Assembly (NCBI RefSeq): GCF_009914755.1
Contig: NC_060933.1
Direction: 5' to 3' (one strand)
DNA length: 64,000 nt
Origin: the human T2T-CHM13v2.0 reference genome, Homo sapiens
The position numbers were made by a program, and so were the translations under genes. The notes below the pieces were generated by a model. The model ran no database searches and was not told the origin of the DNA. It saw only the letters and a list, made by a program, of their open reading frames with translations. Shown in pieces: positions 13,619 through 25,712 of the stretch. Each line of letters opens with the position of its first letter. Position 1 is the first letter of the stretch.

Positions 13619-14860
13619 CTACCCAAAACTTTTGTCCCCCACCAATTCCCCACCTTCTTTTCCCGACCGCATTTCGCCCTCTCCCTCTCACCACCCTTTC
13701 TCTTCCTCCATCTACCCCCAAACGTTTTCACCGTTTTCTCCCCACCATCATTTCGTTTTCTCCCCGCCCCCACCCCCGTCATTTCGCAAAGCCTTCTCTA
13801 TTCTCCCGCTCACCACACTTTTCCCCAACCATCTACCCAAACACTTTCTCCCGTTTTTTCCCACCGTATTTTCCCCCTTCTCCCTGGCCACCCTCTTTTT
13901 TCCCCCTCCTGCTGTCATCATGCCCTTTTCCTCCTCCATCTAAGCAAAAACATTTTCCCCCCGTCTTTTCCCAAAGCCTTTTCCCTACTCCTGCTGCTCA
14001 CCACCCTCTTTTCCCCCTTTATCTACCCAAAAACTGTTTTCCTCATTGTCTTTCCTCCTGCTCCTCCTTGCCACTCTTTCCCTTCTCCATCTACCCAAAA
14101 ACATTTCCCCACCATCTTTTCTCAAAGCCTTCTCCCCACTCCTGCTCACCTCTCTCTTCCCCCATCTACCCCCCAAAATTTCCCCATCTTTTCACAAAGT
14201 CTGCCCCCTCTTCCCACTCGTCCTCTTCTCTCCCCTATCCTGCTTGTCACCCTTTTTTTTGCCCTGCATCTATCCCAAACTATTTTCCCGTCTCTTTCCC
14301 ACCCTTCTTTCCCTGCTCCCTTCTCGCCACCCTCCTTTCTCCTCCTCGTCACCCTCTTTCCCTCCTCCATCTACCCAAACACTTTCTACCTACCGTCTTT
14401 TCGCCACCATCTTTCTTTTCTGCCACTGTTTTTTCGCAAAACCTTGTCTTCCTCCCGCTAGTTACCCTTTTTCCTTCTCCCACTTGCTATCTTCTTCTGC
14501 TCCTCTATCTACCCAAAAACTTCTCTCCCCACTGTCTTTTCACAAAACCCTCTCTCCCTACTGCTAGCCCATTTCCCCCACCTCACCACTCTCTCCTCTC
14601 CCCAATTGCCACCATCTTTTCCCCTTCATCCACCCATAAACTTTCTATCCACCGTCTTTCTGCAAAACCTTCCCTCACTCCCGCTCCACACCCTGTCTTT
14701 CCACCTCCATCTACCCAAAACCTTTTTTCCCCACCATCTTTTCCCCATCGTCTTTTTGCAACGCCTTCTCCTCCTCGCTATCCTTTTTTCCCTTTGGCAA
14801 TAACCAAACTCTTTACCCACCCCTCTATCTATCCCAAAACTATTTTCCTCTTCCTACCCC
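13616..14860. repeat. Degenerate pyrimidine-rich array, ~13 units of ~67-140 bp anchored on CCATCTACCCAAAA
   Basis: Anchor variants at about 13616, 13708, 13829, 13936, 14020, 14087, 14162, 14266, 14367, 14505, 14626, 14707, 14825. Confidence 0.9.
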
Positions 14861-14874
14861 TCCAGCCGCGTGGC

Positions 14875-14952
14875 AATCGCAATCTCCACTGCCACCACCA
14901 ACCATAGCGAGGCGAGCTGCGCCGCTGTGCCGTGTCTCAAGCCTCCAGCATA
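14875..14952 (-). repeat. Inverted partial GC-rich unit (ACRO1-like)
   Basis: Reverse complement 'atgctggaggcttgag...ctcgcctcgctatggttggtggtggcagtggagattgc' aligns to 15477-15552 'atgctggaggctggag...cttacctcgctgcagctggtggtgacatcagagaccac'. Confidence 0.75.
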
Positions 14953-15069
14953 TGGCCGGTGACTCCTTTTCCTGGTCCTCTAAGCTGGGCACTGAGCAGC
15001 TCAACAGTAAAACACCGAACCCTAAATAAAAAAACCGTAACAGCTTTTCAGCATCATTTATATACGGAG

Positions 15070-15262
15070 GTTATGCGCATGCCGGTTCCTAGACTTCATG
15101 TTCTGATTGCATGAGAGCAAGTCTTAAGATAACCAATCACAGCATGAAAATAAAGTCCAATCAGAGTAGGCCTAGAGGTTTTTCTCTCATCCAATCAGAA
15201 CATGTAGTCCAGGATCCGTAACTTCAGTATATAAAGCATGCTGAGGCAGTGGTGCGTCATTT
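15070..15262 (+). promoter_or_regulatory. Putative Pol II promoter core
   Basis: NRF1-like TGCGCATGC ~15073; CCAATCA boxes at 15133, 15157, 15191; ACTACA motif (-) ~15203; TATATAAAG at 15228; TGCGTCA ~15253. Confidence 0.6.
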
Positions 15263-15339
15263 TTGGGTCTTCTGTGTCGGTGTGCTCAGCTGCTAGGTAT
15301 CTGGGTTAGAGAACTAGAAGGGTCCATTAGTTTTCACCC

Positions 15340-15572
15340 GCTGGAGCCTGGAGCCTGGAGCCTAGGGCGCTGCCTCCCTGTTGGTGGTGTTGGTGACGGA
15401 GCGGTAGGAGGGAGGCTAGCAGCGGGAGCTTCTCCTGCCGGGCTGGAAGACGAGGAGAAGGAAGAGACACCGCTGCATGCTGGAGGCTGGAGCCAGAGCC
15501 TGCGCCTCCGTGGCTTACCTCGCTGCAGCTGGTGGTGACATCAGAGACCACAGCTCGGCTACAGTGGTAGCA
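15340..15572 (+). repeat. About 1.6 copies of a GC-rich ~140-bp unit, ACRO1/ACRO138-like
   Basis: 'ctggagcc...tggtggtg...ggtag' recurs with ~140-bp period; family assignment from recall. Confidence 0.6.
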
Positions 15573-15575
15573 ATG

Positions 15576-15653
15576 TGGTTGCAGTGAGCCAAGATTGCAT
15601 CACTGCTCTGCAGCCTGGCGACAGAGCAAGACACCATCTTAAAAAAAAAAAAA
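15576..15653 (+). mobile_element. Alu 3'-terminal fragment with A tail
   Basis: 'ggttgcagtgagccaagattgcatcactgc...gacagagcaagac' plus A14, fused directly to the GC-rich unit. Confidence 0.88.
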
Positions 15654-18013
15654 TTGACCACAGTGTTTTGCATCTGTTTCAGAAAAACAAATGATACCAT
15701 TATTTAATATGCTGCAATAACTAGAAGCCTACTTATAATGTTGGTGGCAAATAAGTCATTGGTATATGTTAACTTCCTATAATCATTTACATGTTCCTAA
15801 GAGTCACTTTGTGTATTTATATAAGAAGGTCAGCATGTAAATGATTATAGATAGAGAAACTTTTTGTTGAAAAGTAAGAAAGCTTGTCTCCCTTTTCCTA
15901 GTTATGAAGGAACCACCACCACAACAAAATAAAGCATACACTTTGTTTATAACCCTGAATCATGATTTATGGCCAGATTATCCTAGCATCCAACTGCCTA
16001 CCTTGGCATTTATCAGTTGAAATGAGTCCAGAGAAAGGAATTATTTTTTATATATCTGCTGCTCTTGAAGGAGAAACCTTCCTTAGAGGTCACTTGTAAG
16101 AACAGGTTCCCAAATCGCCTATATCCAAGGCACTCTGGGCTGCCTGGGAACTCTACAAATCACAGTTTTGAGGGGTTCACTTTTCTGGTTGAAATTTATC
16201 ATAGTTTATATGATGAAAGGATGACAGGTAGATACTCTTTAAGAGTTGAGGATGTGTTATGTTACCAAGGATTGTAAATATTTAATGAGCAAATGAGTTA
16301 GAGTTTCAATAATATTGATGGGACCTATTATCACTTACTTTCATCTAAAGCTCAGTGTTACTTCAAAGCATAAAATCAAGCGAACATCCCATGATTAGTT
16401 TCTTACACTGCTGTGCTTTGTGTTTTCATTGAATTCAGAGTATGCCTGTGTACTGTCCCTGGGAACACTGTATGAAAGGATTTTTAAAGTAGTCTGTTCT
16501 GATACTGGTTTGTCAATGAAACTTTTCAAAAAGGTTAGTTGAATATCACTTAGTGTTCTTTATGTGACCCTCTTGGGTCTCCTTCCCAGTGCCAAATTCC
16601 CCCATCTCAACCTCATTTGGACATCCTATATTAAGAAAAAACAAAGCAGGTACTCATCAGCAGGAACGGAATCCTATTCTCTTGACAGAATTCCCGTCAT
16701 CTATAACCTGCTGGATAAATAGTTCAAATGCTGTATCTCTGTTCCTATTCCTAGACTTTCTGGCACCTATTACCCTTCAAGTCCATGTGTCTTCCAGTAG
16801 GTTGCAGTGCTCTCCCCAGGAGATGGCAGCTACTTAGATTTGTATGTTACAGAGGTGGTCGTGTGCCTTCTCTACCTCTCTCCTATGTTCCCATGTAACC
16901 TAACCACACAGGCCATAATCAGCTCCACCCTAGGAAACATAACATTGGTATACCTGTCCCTTGAAGTCCTTAGAGAGAATGGTCTGAAAACAAAGGGAGA
17001 TTAAAGGTCTTTTCTGTTTCAGGGAAAGTATAGTTCTGTCAGTAGATTTCTGGTTAAAAGACACAGAAGAAGGAAAAAAGACACTCATCTGTAGGAACTC
17101 AGTTTAGCCAACGTGACTTCCACTTGGAAGCATTTTTCCTCTCCTCTTCAAGCCCAACTCTAGGGAATGTCCTGTGCAAAAATATCAGTGTAGGCGCATC
17201 TCTTTGCGGAACTGAGTTGCTCTGCTTTCAGTTTCCTCTCTCCAGTGCCCCCAAGCTCCTGCCTGGCTGCTTCTGCTGTTCAACCCAGGATCCCATGCTC
17301 TAGAACAGCCTTCTCACCATCTTTCCTCAGCTCTTAATTCAAAAGTCCCACTTCTAGTTCATGCTCAGAGAAAAAGCAAGTAGACCTAATCTTTATTAGA
17401 ATGTGAATTTCTAGACAATAGTACTCTCTTTGGCTTACTTCACTGCCCTACATGCTGAACTTTCAGATAATATAAGGAAGAGAAAAAAGTCTAGATGTTG
17501 GAGAGGGAGTCGGTTTCAGGTAGGGAAGATCCAGTCAGTCCTACAGGTTATTATCTGCTCTTCAGCATTCCTTATACCTCTCTGGCAACAAGTGACAGGT
17601 GGGACCATATGGAGTTATTATTTTTTGACTTTTGGCTTACAAAATGGCTATTTTATACGATTCAGCCTAATGGGCTTTCATTGCTAACATTAGGGGTTAC
17701 AGTTGAACCAGCCAACTCAGGAGGAAATTCAGAACCTGGATTCTTATAGTGATAGTGGAAAACAAATTCATGGTTAAGATTTGAATGTGAATTTTAAAAT
17801 AAATCATAGTATTTTAAAAAACCATTTTTCCTTATTAAATATGTAACTTTGGAAAAGTTACTTAACCAGTTCATAATAGTACCTATTTTATAGGGCTGCT
17901 GTGGGGATTTAATGAGATCATTTATGGAAAGCACATGGCACTGTGCCACACTCATAATAAGTACTCATTAAGTGTTGGCCACAATTCTCACCAGCCTTGT
18001 TCTCTGTCCTCAG

Positions 18014-18478
18014 GAGATGATGACCATAATTGGAAAATTGCCCATGTGGTACTCAAAGAGGAACAGAAATTTCGCTAACTTTTCCAGGGCACAAAAGGCG
18101 ACCCTCGGAACTCAACTGGGGGAATTTACCTGGATGACATCACTCTGACAGAAACCCCCTGCCCCACAGGGGTCTGGACAGTCCGGAATTTCTCCCAGGT
18201 CCTTGAGAACACCAGCGAAGGGGACAAGCTTCAGAGCCCTCGATTCTACAATTCAGAGGGATGCGGTTTTGGGTTAACTTTATACCCCCATGGCAGAGAA
18301 AGCTCTGGCTATTTGAGACTTGCTTTTCACGTGTGCAGTGGGGAGAATGATGCTATCCTGGAGTGGCCGGTAGAAAACAGACAGGTGATAATTACCATCT
18401 TCGACCAGGAGCCTGATGTCAGGAACAGGATGTCCTCAAGTTTGGTGTTCACTACCTCCAAGTTGCACATATCTCCAG
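18014..18478 (+). pseudogene. MEP1A: MEP1A-derived exon (465 nt)
   Basis: [28 protein letters not shown]...[14 protein letters not shown]...[23 protein letters not shown]; TAA at 18076-18078. Confidence 0.96.
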
Positions 18479-18883
18479 GTGGGTGGTGTCGGCATAAATA
18501 AGAACTGCCCCTCGAACCAGAGAGGCCCACAGATGTGATTCTGTGGTGCAAGAAAGAGTAACATTCTCCTCACATTGTCCGCCTGGGAATACCGATAACA
18601 TAGGCGTGTTGGAGTTTCAAGTTAAGATTTTCAATGCCATCACATCCTCCTTCCCTTTCCTAAATTCACTCATCAAACATCTGTTGAGGGCTTACCATGT
18701 GCCAAACTCTGTGCTAGGTACTTACAATACAAGTGAATCAGGTGATCCCTGCCTCATTGAGCTCGTTGTGATTGAGGAAACAGATACTGCTAATCATTTA
18801 TCAAATACTCGGAACTTGCTAGGCTCTGTGCAGAGCTAATGTACTTACTCCTAAAATAGCACTCAATATCACTATGTTCATGA

Positions 18884-19330
<447 letters not shown>

Positions 19331-19490
19331 TAAATAGCTTAATTTTTTTCCAACACTTTTTTTATTTTTATTTTTATTTTTATTTATTTATTTTTTTCTG
19401 ATTCACAAAGCCCTGTATCCTCATAAAAGACAAACTGGAAAGCGAAGTCTAAAGAGGTAATGTGATTTTATGTTACCTACAATTTTGCAG

Positions 19491-19664
19491 CGACAAATGA
19501 CACTGTCATCTGGGACAGGCCGTCCAGGGTGGGAACCTATCATGCTGACTGTAATTGTTTTAGAAGCATTGACTTTGGCTGGAGTGGTTTCATCTCCCAC
19601 CAAATGCTGAAAAGGAGGAGTTTCCTGAAAAATGATGACCTCATCATGTTTGTGGACTTTGAAA
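19491..19664 (+). pseudogene. MEP1A: MEP1A-derived exon (174 nt)
   Basis: [57 protein letters not shown]; open frame. Confidence 0.95.
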
Positions 19665-20168
19665 GTACTTTTCTTGGTCTTCCTGAGTAAATAATCCTAT
19701 GCTCTTGGCACTCTACTGATTTTATCCTGATTTTAAAGCACACATGGAGGGTGGGGATGAGGTTAAAAAAAATGTGTTGTAGGAGAACCACATTTTCTTC
19801 AGTTGGTCAAGGACGCACATCTTTATTTTAACTGTCCCTGAAAGAAACTGAAATTTTAGTGTCATCTTTTTGAAAATTTTATCAGAGGTAACAGTTCACT
19901 GATTTCAATTTAGTTTCCATCAGTCTATCCATGCTAACTTTATGCTTCATTTTGCAAATTCAATAAATAAAAATGTGACTGGATTACTTTAAAATAAAAC
20001 TAGCTAGTACCGTGGGAATCAGCTGGATTCAAAGCCACTTTTCCATGTCACTGGGGGTGACATATCACTAGAGATAGAAGCAGGCTGGGGAACTTTCACC
20101 AGAAGTGGGAGTTCACTGTAGTCAGTTACTAATCCTGGATCTTTCTCGTGACCCTCTATTTCCTGAAG

Positions 20169-20469
20169 ATATCACCCACCTCAGCCAGACTGAAGTTCCC
20201 ACTAAAGGCAAAAGACTGAGCCCCCAAGGCCTCATTCTCCAAGGCCAGGAGCAGCAGGTCTCCAAAGAAGGTTCAGGAAAGGCCATGTTAGAGGAAGCCG
20301 TACCTGTCAGCCTCAGCCAGGGGCAGCCCAGCTGACAGAAGCCGTCAGTGAAGAACACAGGCCCCCTGAAGGACCATAACTGGCCACAGTACTTCAGAGA
20401 CCAATGTGACCCAAACCCTTGCCAAAATGATGGCATCTGTGTGAACGTGAAGGGGGTGGCGAGGTGCAG
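20169..20469 (+). pseudogene. MEP1A: MEP1A-derived exon (301 nt)
   Basis: [20 protein letters not shown]...GQPS*QKPSV...[17 protein letters not shown]; TGA at 20333-20335. Confidence 0.95.
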
Positions 20470-21409
20470 GTAGGCTCTGTGGCTGGGGAGACAGGCAGGC
20501 CAGCAGACCTGGGCCGTGTGCATGCTTATGCCTAGTAAAGGCTGCTGTTTGCAGAGTAGGGTGAAGACTACCTCAGATGGTCAACTGGATGCGGTTTTCC
20601 TTGACTCTACAAAGGTGTGCCCTGGATTCATGGGCTTACGCTGCCGGGACAGAGGCGTCCCAGGTCTCCTTGTCTCTTGACTTTCACCCCTTTTCCTCCT
20701 CTGGGGTATTGTCAACAGCATCTTGGATGTTGTTGGAATTTCTAACTCTAACAACATCCAAGATGTCTTCTAGCCTAGGGACTTTCTACTCCATGACAGT
20801 GGGTCTCAAGACCAAGCTTAAATCTTTGCTGACTACACAGATGTTATTATTAGCTCCTAATGATTATTAGTTATACAGTCTGTCATTTACACTGCACTAT
20901 TGTTAAAGTTATGTTTTCAATAATAGTAGTAAGAACACCTGATATTTCTGACCCCTTGTTATGCATCATGTGGTCTCCTGAGCATCTTACACGCATGATC
21001 TAAATTCATTCTCACTGCCACCTGTGACATAAGGGCTCTCCTTATCCCCATTTGGTGTATCAAGAAGTTGAGGCTTAGAAAGGTTAAGTAATTTATCTGA
21101 AAGGTACCCAGATGGAAAATGCTGAAGCTGGGACTTGCATCTAGGTCTGTCTGGCAGCACAGTTTGCTATATTTAATGTTTAAATATTAAAAAGCAGTAC
21201 AGTTTGCTATATTTAAATTTAAATATTTAAAAAGAACTTTAATAGTTCTTTTTACAATGTTTGCTTGCATAAAACCCTAAAAACTGTTTCACAAAAGGAG
21301 GTATGTGATGACAGAAGCAACAGTTCCATTTGAACAGTAGCAGATGTAGGAGCTATTCTGCCTACCTCAAAAATTTACATTTCTTCTGAGTTCTTTTTAG
21401 TCTCCTTTT

Positions 21410-22480
21410 TTTTCTTTTTGTAGCTTTTGCTTTGCAATAATTTTAGACTTACAGATACCTTGCAAAAATACTACAGAGGCTTTCTCTATACCATTCACCC
21501 TGCTTTCCGTAATGTTGGCATATTACACAAACCATAGTACAATTAGCATAGCCAAGAAATGAACATTGGTAGAATGCTAGTAAATAAATTACAGGCCTTA
21601 TTCGGCTCTTCCCAGTTTTCCCACTAATGTTCTTTTTCTATTTCAGGATCCAATTCCGGATCTCACGTTACATTTAGTTTTTATGTCTCCTGTCTCCTAA
21701 TCCCCTCCAATCTGGGACAATTCCTCAGTTCTTTCTTGTCTTTCATTACCTTGACACTTTTGAAGATTACTGGTTAGGGATTTTTTTTTGGTTCATCTTG
21801 TTCTCTCATGATTAAATTGAGGTTTCACATTTGTGGCAAGATTAGTAAATATGTGCTGTGCCTTCTTGTTGCATCATGTGAGCAGGTACATGATGCTGAT
21901 ACATGTCATTACTGGTGATGTCAACCTTCATCATCTGGCCAACAGCATGTCCACCAGGCCTCTCCACTGAAGAGTTACCATTTCTCCCTCTGTAATTGAT
22001 ACATATCTTGGGAGAGATAGTTCAAGACCATTGAGACATCCTGCTTTTCCTCAAATCCTCACATGCTAATTTCAGCATCTATTGATACAACCTGCTGCAA
22101 TACTCACCACTGGGATCTTCTAATGTTGATTTCCTATGTCCTTCACATTCATTAATTAGAATTCTTCTGTAAAGAAGAATGGCCCCTTCACCCCGTTAAT
22201 TTGTTTATGCGATTGTTTATGTATATCACAAAGGAATCATAAACATTGATTCAGTGGGCTCTGTTGCAATGATTTCATAATTTATTTTGTTGCTTCTATT
22301 GTCCCAGCTTTGGCCTTTGGGAGCTCTTCTAGGTTGGCTCCTGTGATCTTTCAACATCAGATTTTATGAACACAATGTTACTTTCTGGCACCATAGCATG
22401 CTCTAGGCTCATCTTTTATATTTCCTGCCCCACCCATAGAATCAATCACTCTTCCAAGAAGCCCTCTGGCTCCTTTTACT
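21410..22480 (-). mobile_element. Old L1MC/L1MD 3' region
   Basis: 'aataattttagacttacag...ttgcaaaaatactacagag' and later motifs typical of antisense L1M 3' ends. Confidence 0.7.
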
Positions 22481-22865
22481 GGGGAAGGCCCATCTGTTTC
22501 TGGGCTCCAAAGCCATGGGTCTTCATATCTTTGCCTGACAGGTCCTTAGATGCCAGATTCCATTGTGTGCCCCCAACACGCTTCATCCTTCCCAGGCTAA
22601 GGGAGGCCAGGGTTGCCACTTGTATGTCAGCCTCTACTCAGCCAAACTATTCCTCTCCTAGAAACCTGCAGCTGAGAGTTGGCAGAATAAGTTTTTCTAA
22701 GATAACAGTAGGGGATATTACGAAGTTGTGTTTGGAGGGGACTGGGTTAGAAAAAAAATGAAATAAACTTGCTATTACTCACTGATTTCTAAGAAGTCAA
22801 TTCTCAGGATAGAGATGAGGACTTGGAAGGTAAAATCATTCAGGATTAGTAAAAGAAAATGCTGA

Positions 22866-23211
<346 letters not shown>

Positions 23212-23989
23212 TGACTTCTGATTATTTCACTCTGCCTTGTAGAATTCTGCTGAGTAGACCTTCTAGTGGGAATGTTTGAAACAAAGGCTGGAAATGTTAC
23301 AAAGGTATGGATGAGACACTACAAGTTATATGCCTTGGTTATGAGATTAATTGGTCTTTATACCAGATAACATTAAGAAACAAAACTAAGGGCTGGCCAT
23401 TATGTGCTTACTCTGTGTCAAATACCTTGATAGGTACAGTGTCCTCATTATCTCAGGTGAACTTCAGGGCAACCTTGTGAGATAGTGACAGTACACACTA
23501 ACCTTAGAGTAACATTTTATTTAATATTATTTAGACGTTTTCAAGCTACCACTGATGCTCTAAGTCGGACTGTATCTGGGGAATTTCCTTTGTAGCTTGT
23601 ATTCTTAGCCAGTGTCAGGCAATGTATTCCTTTAAGTGTCTCAGACCTTCCTCCTGAATCCTAGGTGGCTGAGAAGCCTGGATCTGGAGGCATACCTTTT
23701 GGGATTAGATTTCAAGTGTGAAATGCTTACTAACAATGGGACCTTGAGCAAATTATTTAACCTTCCTGTAAGATGAAGATGATGAGAATGGCCAAGTAAT
23801 AGCCTCCACCTCAAAAGTTGTTGAAGGGTTAAATTAGTTGGTCCATATACAGCACTTGAAATGGGACCAGGCACCACGTGGACCTGCTCAGTGAGCATTT
23901 GCCATTTTTATTGCTGTGGAGATGAGTGTTGCTAGGAGGCACCTGAGGCCTGGGAGTTCCCACACTCTCTTCATGTCCTTTTCCCTCAG

Positions 23990-24790
23990 GTGCATCTCTG
24001 GACATGCTTTCTTCTAAATGGGAGCGCTGTCAGGCCATGCAGTTGCACGGCAGCGTCCTGGGCATGGTGATTGGAGGCACGGCTGGTGTGATCTTCTTGA
24101 CCTTCTCCATCATTGCCATCCTTTCCCAAAGGCCAAGGAAGTGACCTGCCTGTTGGCATTGGCCAGACCACAGCAGCACCTCCTCCATGCAGGCCTTACC
24201 TTCCAATGGTCAGTGCAGTTTGGGGCAGCTTTTTTGTCAGCCTTGCTTTGGATAGGATCTCCAAGGTCTAAGGCCTCCAGCCCCATGTGTGACCCTTGTC
24301 ATCTTTCTGCCCCACATAATTCTGTTACTCTGCTATGTGCTCCTAATGTATCTAGTGTGTCCTGTGACAACATTCATCATACTTCATTGTAAACCACTTG
24401 TTTGATTGACTGTCTTTCCTATAGACTGTAAGCCCCATGAGGGCAGGCACATGTTGTTATTGACCATGCTGGCCACGTGCCTAGATGCATGGCTGGCACA
24501 TTGTGGGCACTCAACAATGGTTGAATGAATAAAACAATAAATGAATGAATAAGATATAGAAACTCTCATTTATATTGCAGATCAAATATATATTATGAAA
24601 TTCTTATGTTGAATATGTTAGAATCAAATACTCATTTTTCATTAGACACAGTACTGTCATTACTCTTTTAAGATCTTGTTAAAGATTTCAAATAAAGGTA
24701 CTTCCAGGCAGCCCGGCTTCACAGCATTTGCTTTCCTCTGAGATTCTAAGAGAAGCCCTTTAATAAATTTAATAAATATTGAGTTAGCAC
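23990..24790 (+). pseudogene. MEP1A: MEP1A-derived terminal exon and 3'UTR
   Basis: CISGHAFF* then frameshifted [40 protein letters not shown] (24142-24144); several AATAAA up to ~24776; 3' end approximate. Confidence 0.92.
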
Positions 24791-25302
24791 CTTCTTTGTA
24801 TCTGGTATTGTATGTACGTGTGGGTGTGCATGTGTGTGTTGAAGGTTGGGGGTGTTCAAAAGCTCTTTCCCAGATCTTTTAAGTTTAACAGTATATTTTA
24901 TAGCTATTTATGTACAACATTATCATATTAACAAACAGAAGGTATCAGAGAACTTTAAAGAAGTATTTTTAGATATGCTTTCTTTCCATAGTTCCTAAGG
25001 AGATAAAAATCTAGCTGGGGCAAGGAAGTTCCAAGATAGATCAAGTGAAAAAAAAAAAAAAAAAAAAAAAGCTAAAGTTTCTATACCCAATCAGCAATGA
25101 GTCAGCTCAGGAAATTTAACAAACAAAAATATTTTAAGGATTCTGAGTGGTCCTTTAAGTTATAAGGTTTCCTAAGTAGAGACTTTATGACAATTTTGTA
25201 GAGTTAAAATGCACTGGAAACAAAATGAGAGATTAACAAGAGTTTCTTTAATGCAAAGGTATGAGAACAATTTGTAGCAAGTGAAAACAGCACCCCTGAG
25301 GG

Positions 25303-25712
25303 CAATACCTCTCAAACTTGAGGTGCATCTGTATCCCAGGGAGGACTGATTAAAACAGATTACAGGGCCCCACACTTTACAAACCTCCACTTTCAGTAGA
25401 GCCTCCAGGTCCCTCCCAAGAGCTTCCGTAAGTCACCACAACCCAAGAGGACCAGGGAGATTCCCTCATGCAGATGTTCCCAGACCATGCATGTGATGGC
25501 ATGTGGAGGGCTTCCCACCTTGACATCTTCCTGTCCTCTGTAGAAACTGGGTCAGTAGATCTAGGGTGAGATCTAAGAATGTACATTCTTAAATGTGCCA
25601 GGATCTAACAAGGTATAAGAATGTGCCAGAATCTAATAAGTTCTCAGGCCATGCTGCTACTGCTACTGACTCCCCCACAACCCCCACCTCACAGACACCT
25701 TGAGAACCACTG
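25303..25712 (-). mobile_element. MER5A hAT MITE interrupted by a ~176-bp foreign insert
   Basis: 'ctctcaaacttgaggtgcatc...gggccccaca' [insert 25375-25550] 'tcagtagatctagggtg...ttgagaaccactg'. Confidence 0.8.

Noticed and set aside
13616-14860. CRISPR-like look (conserved anchor with variable spacers)
   Set aside because: Primate DNA; spacers resemble each other and vary widely in length; no cas genes
13508-14907. Long ORFs of 317, 279 and 173 aa
   Set aside because: P/S/F/L-rich products in several frames; pyrimidine-rich repeat lacks stop codons
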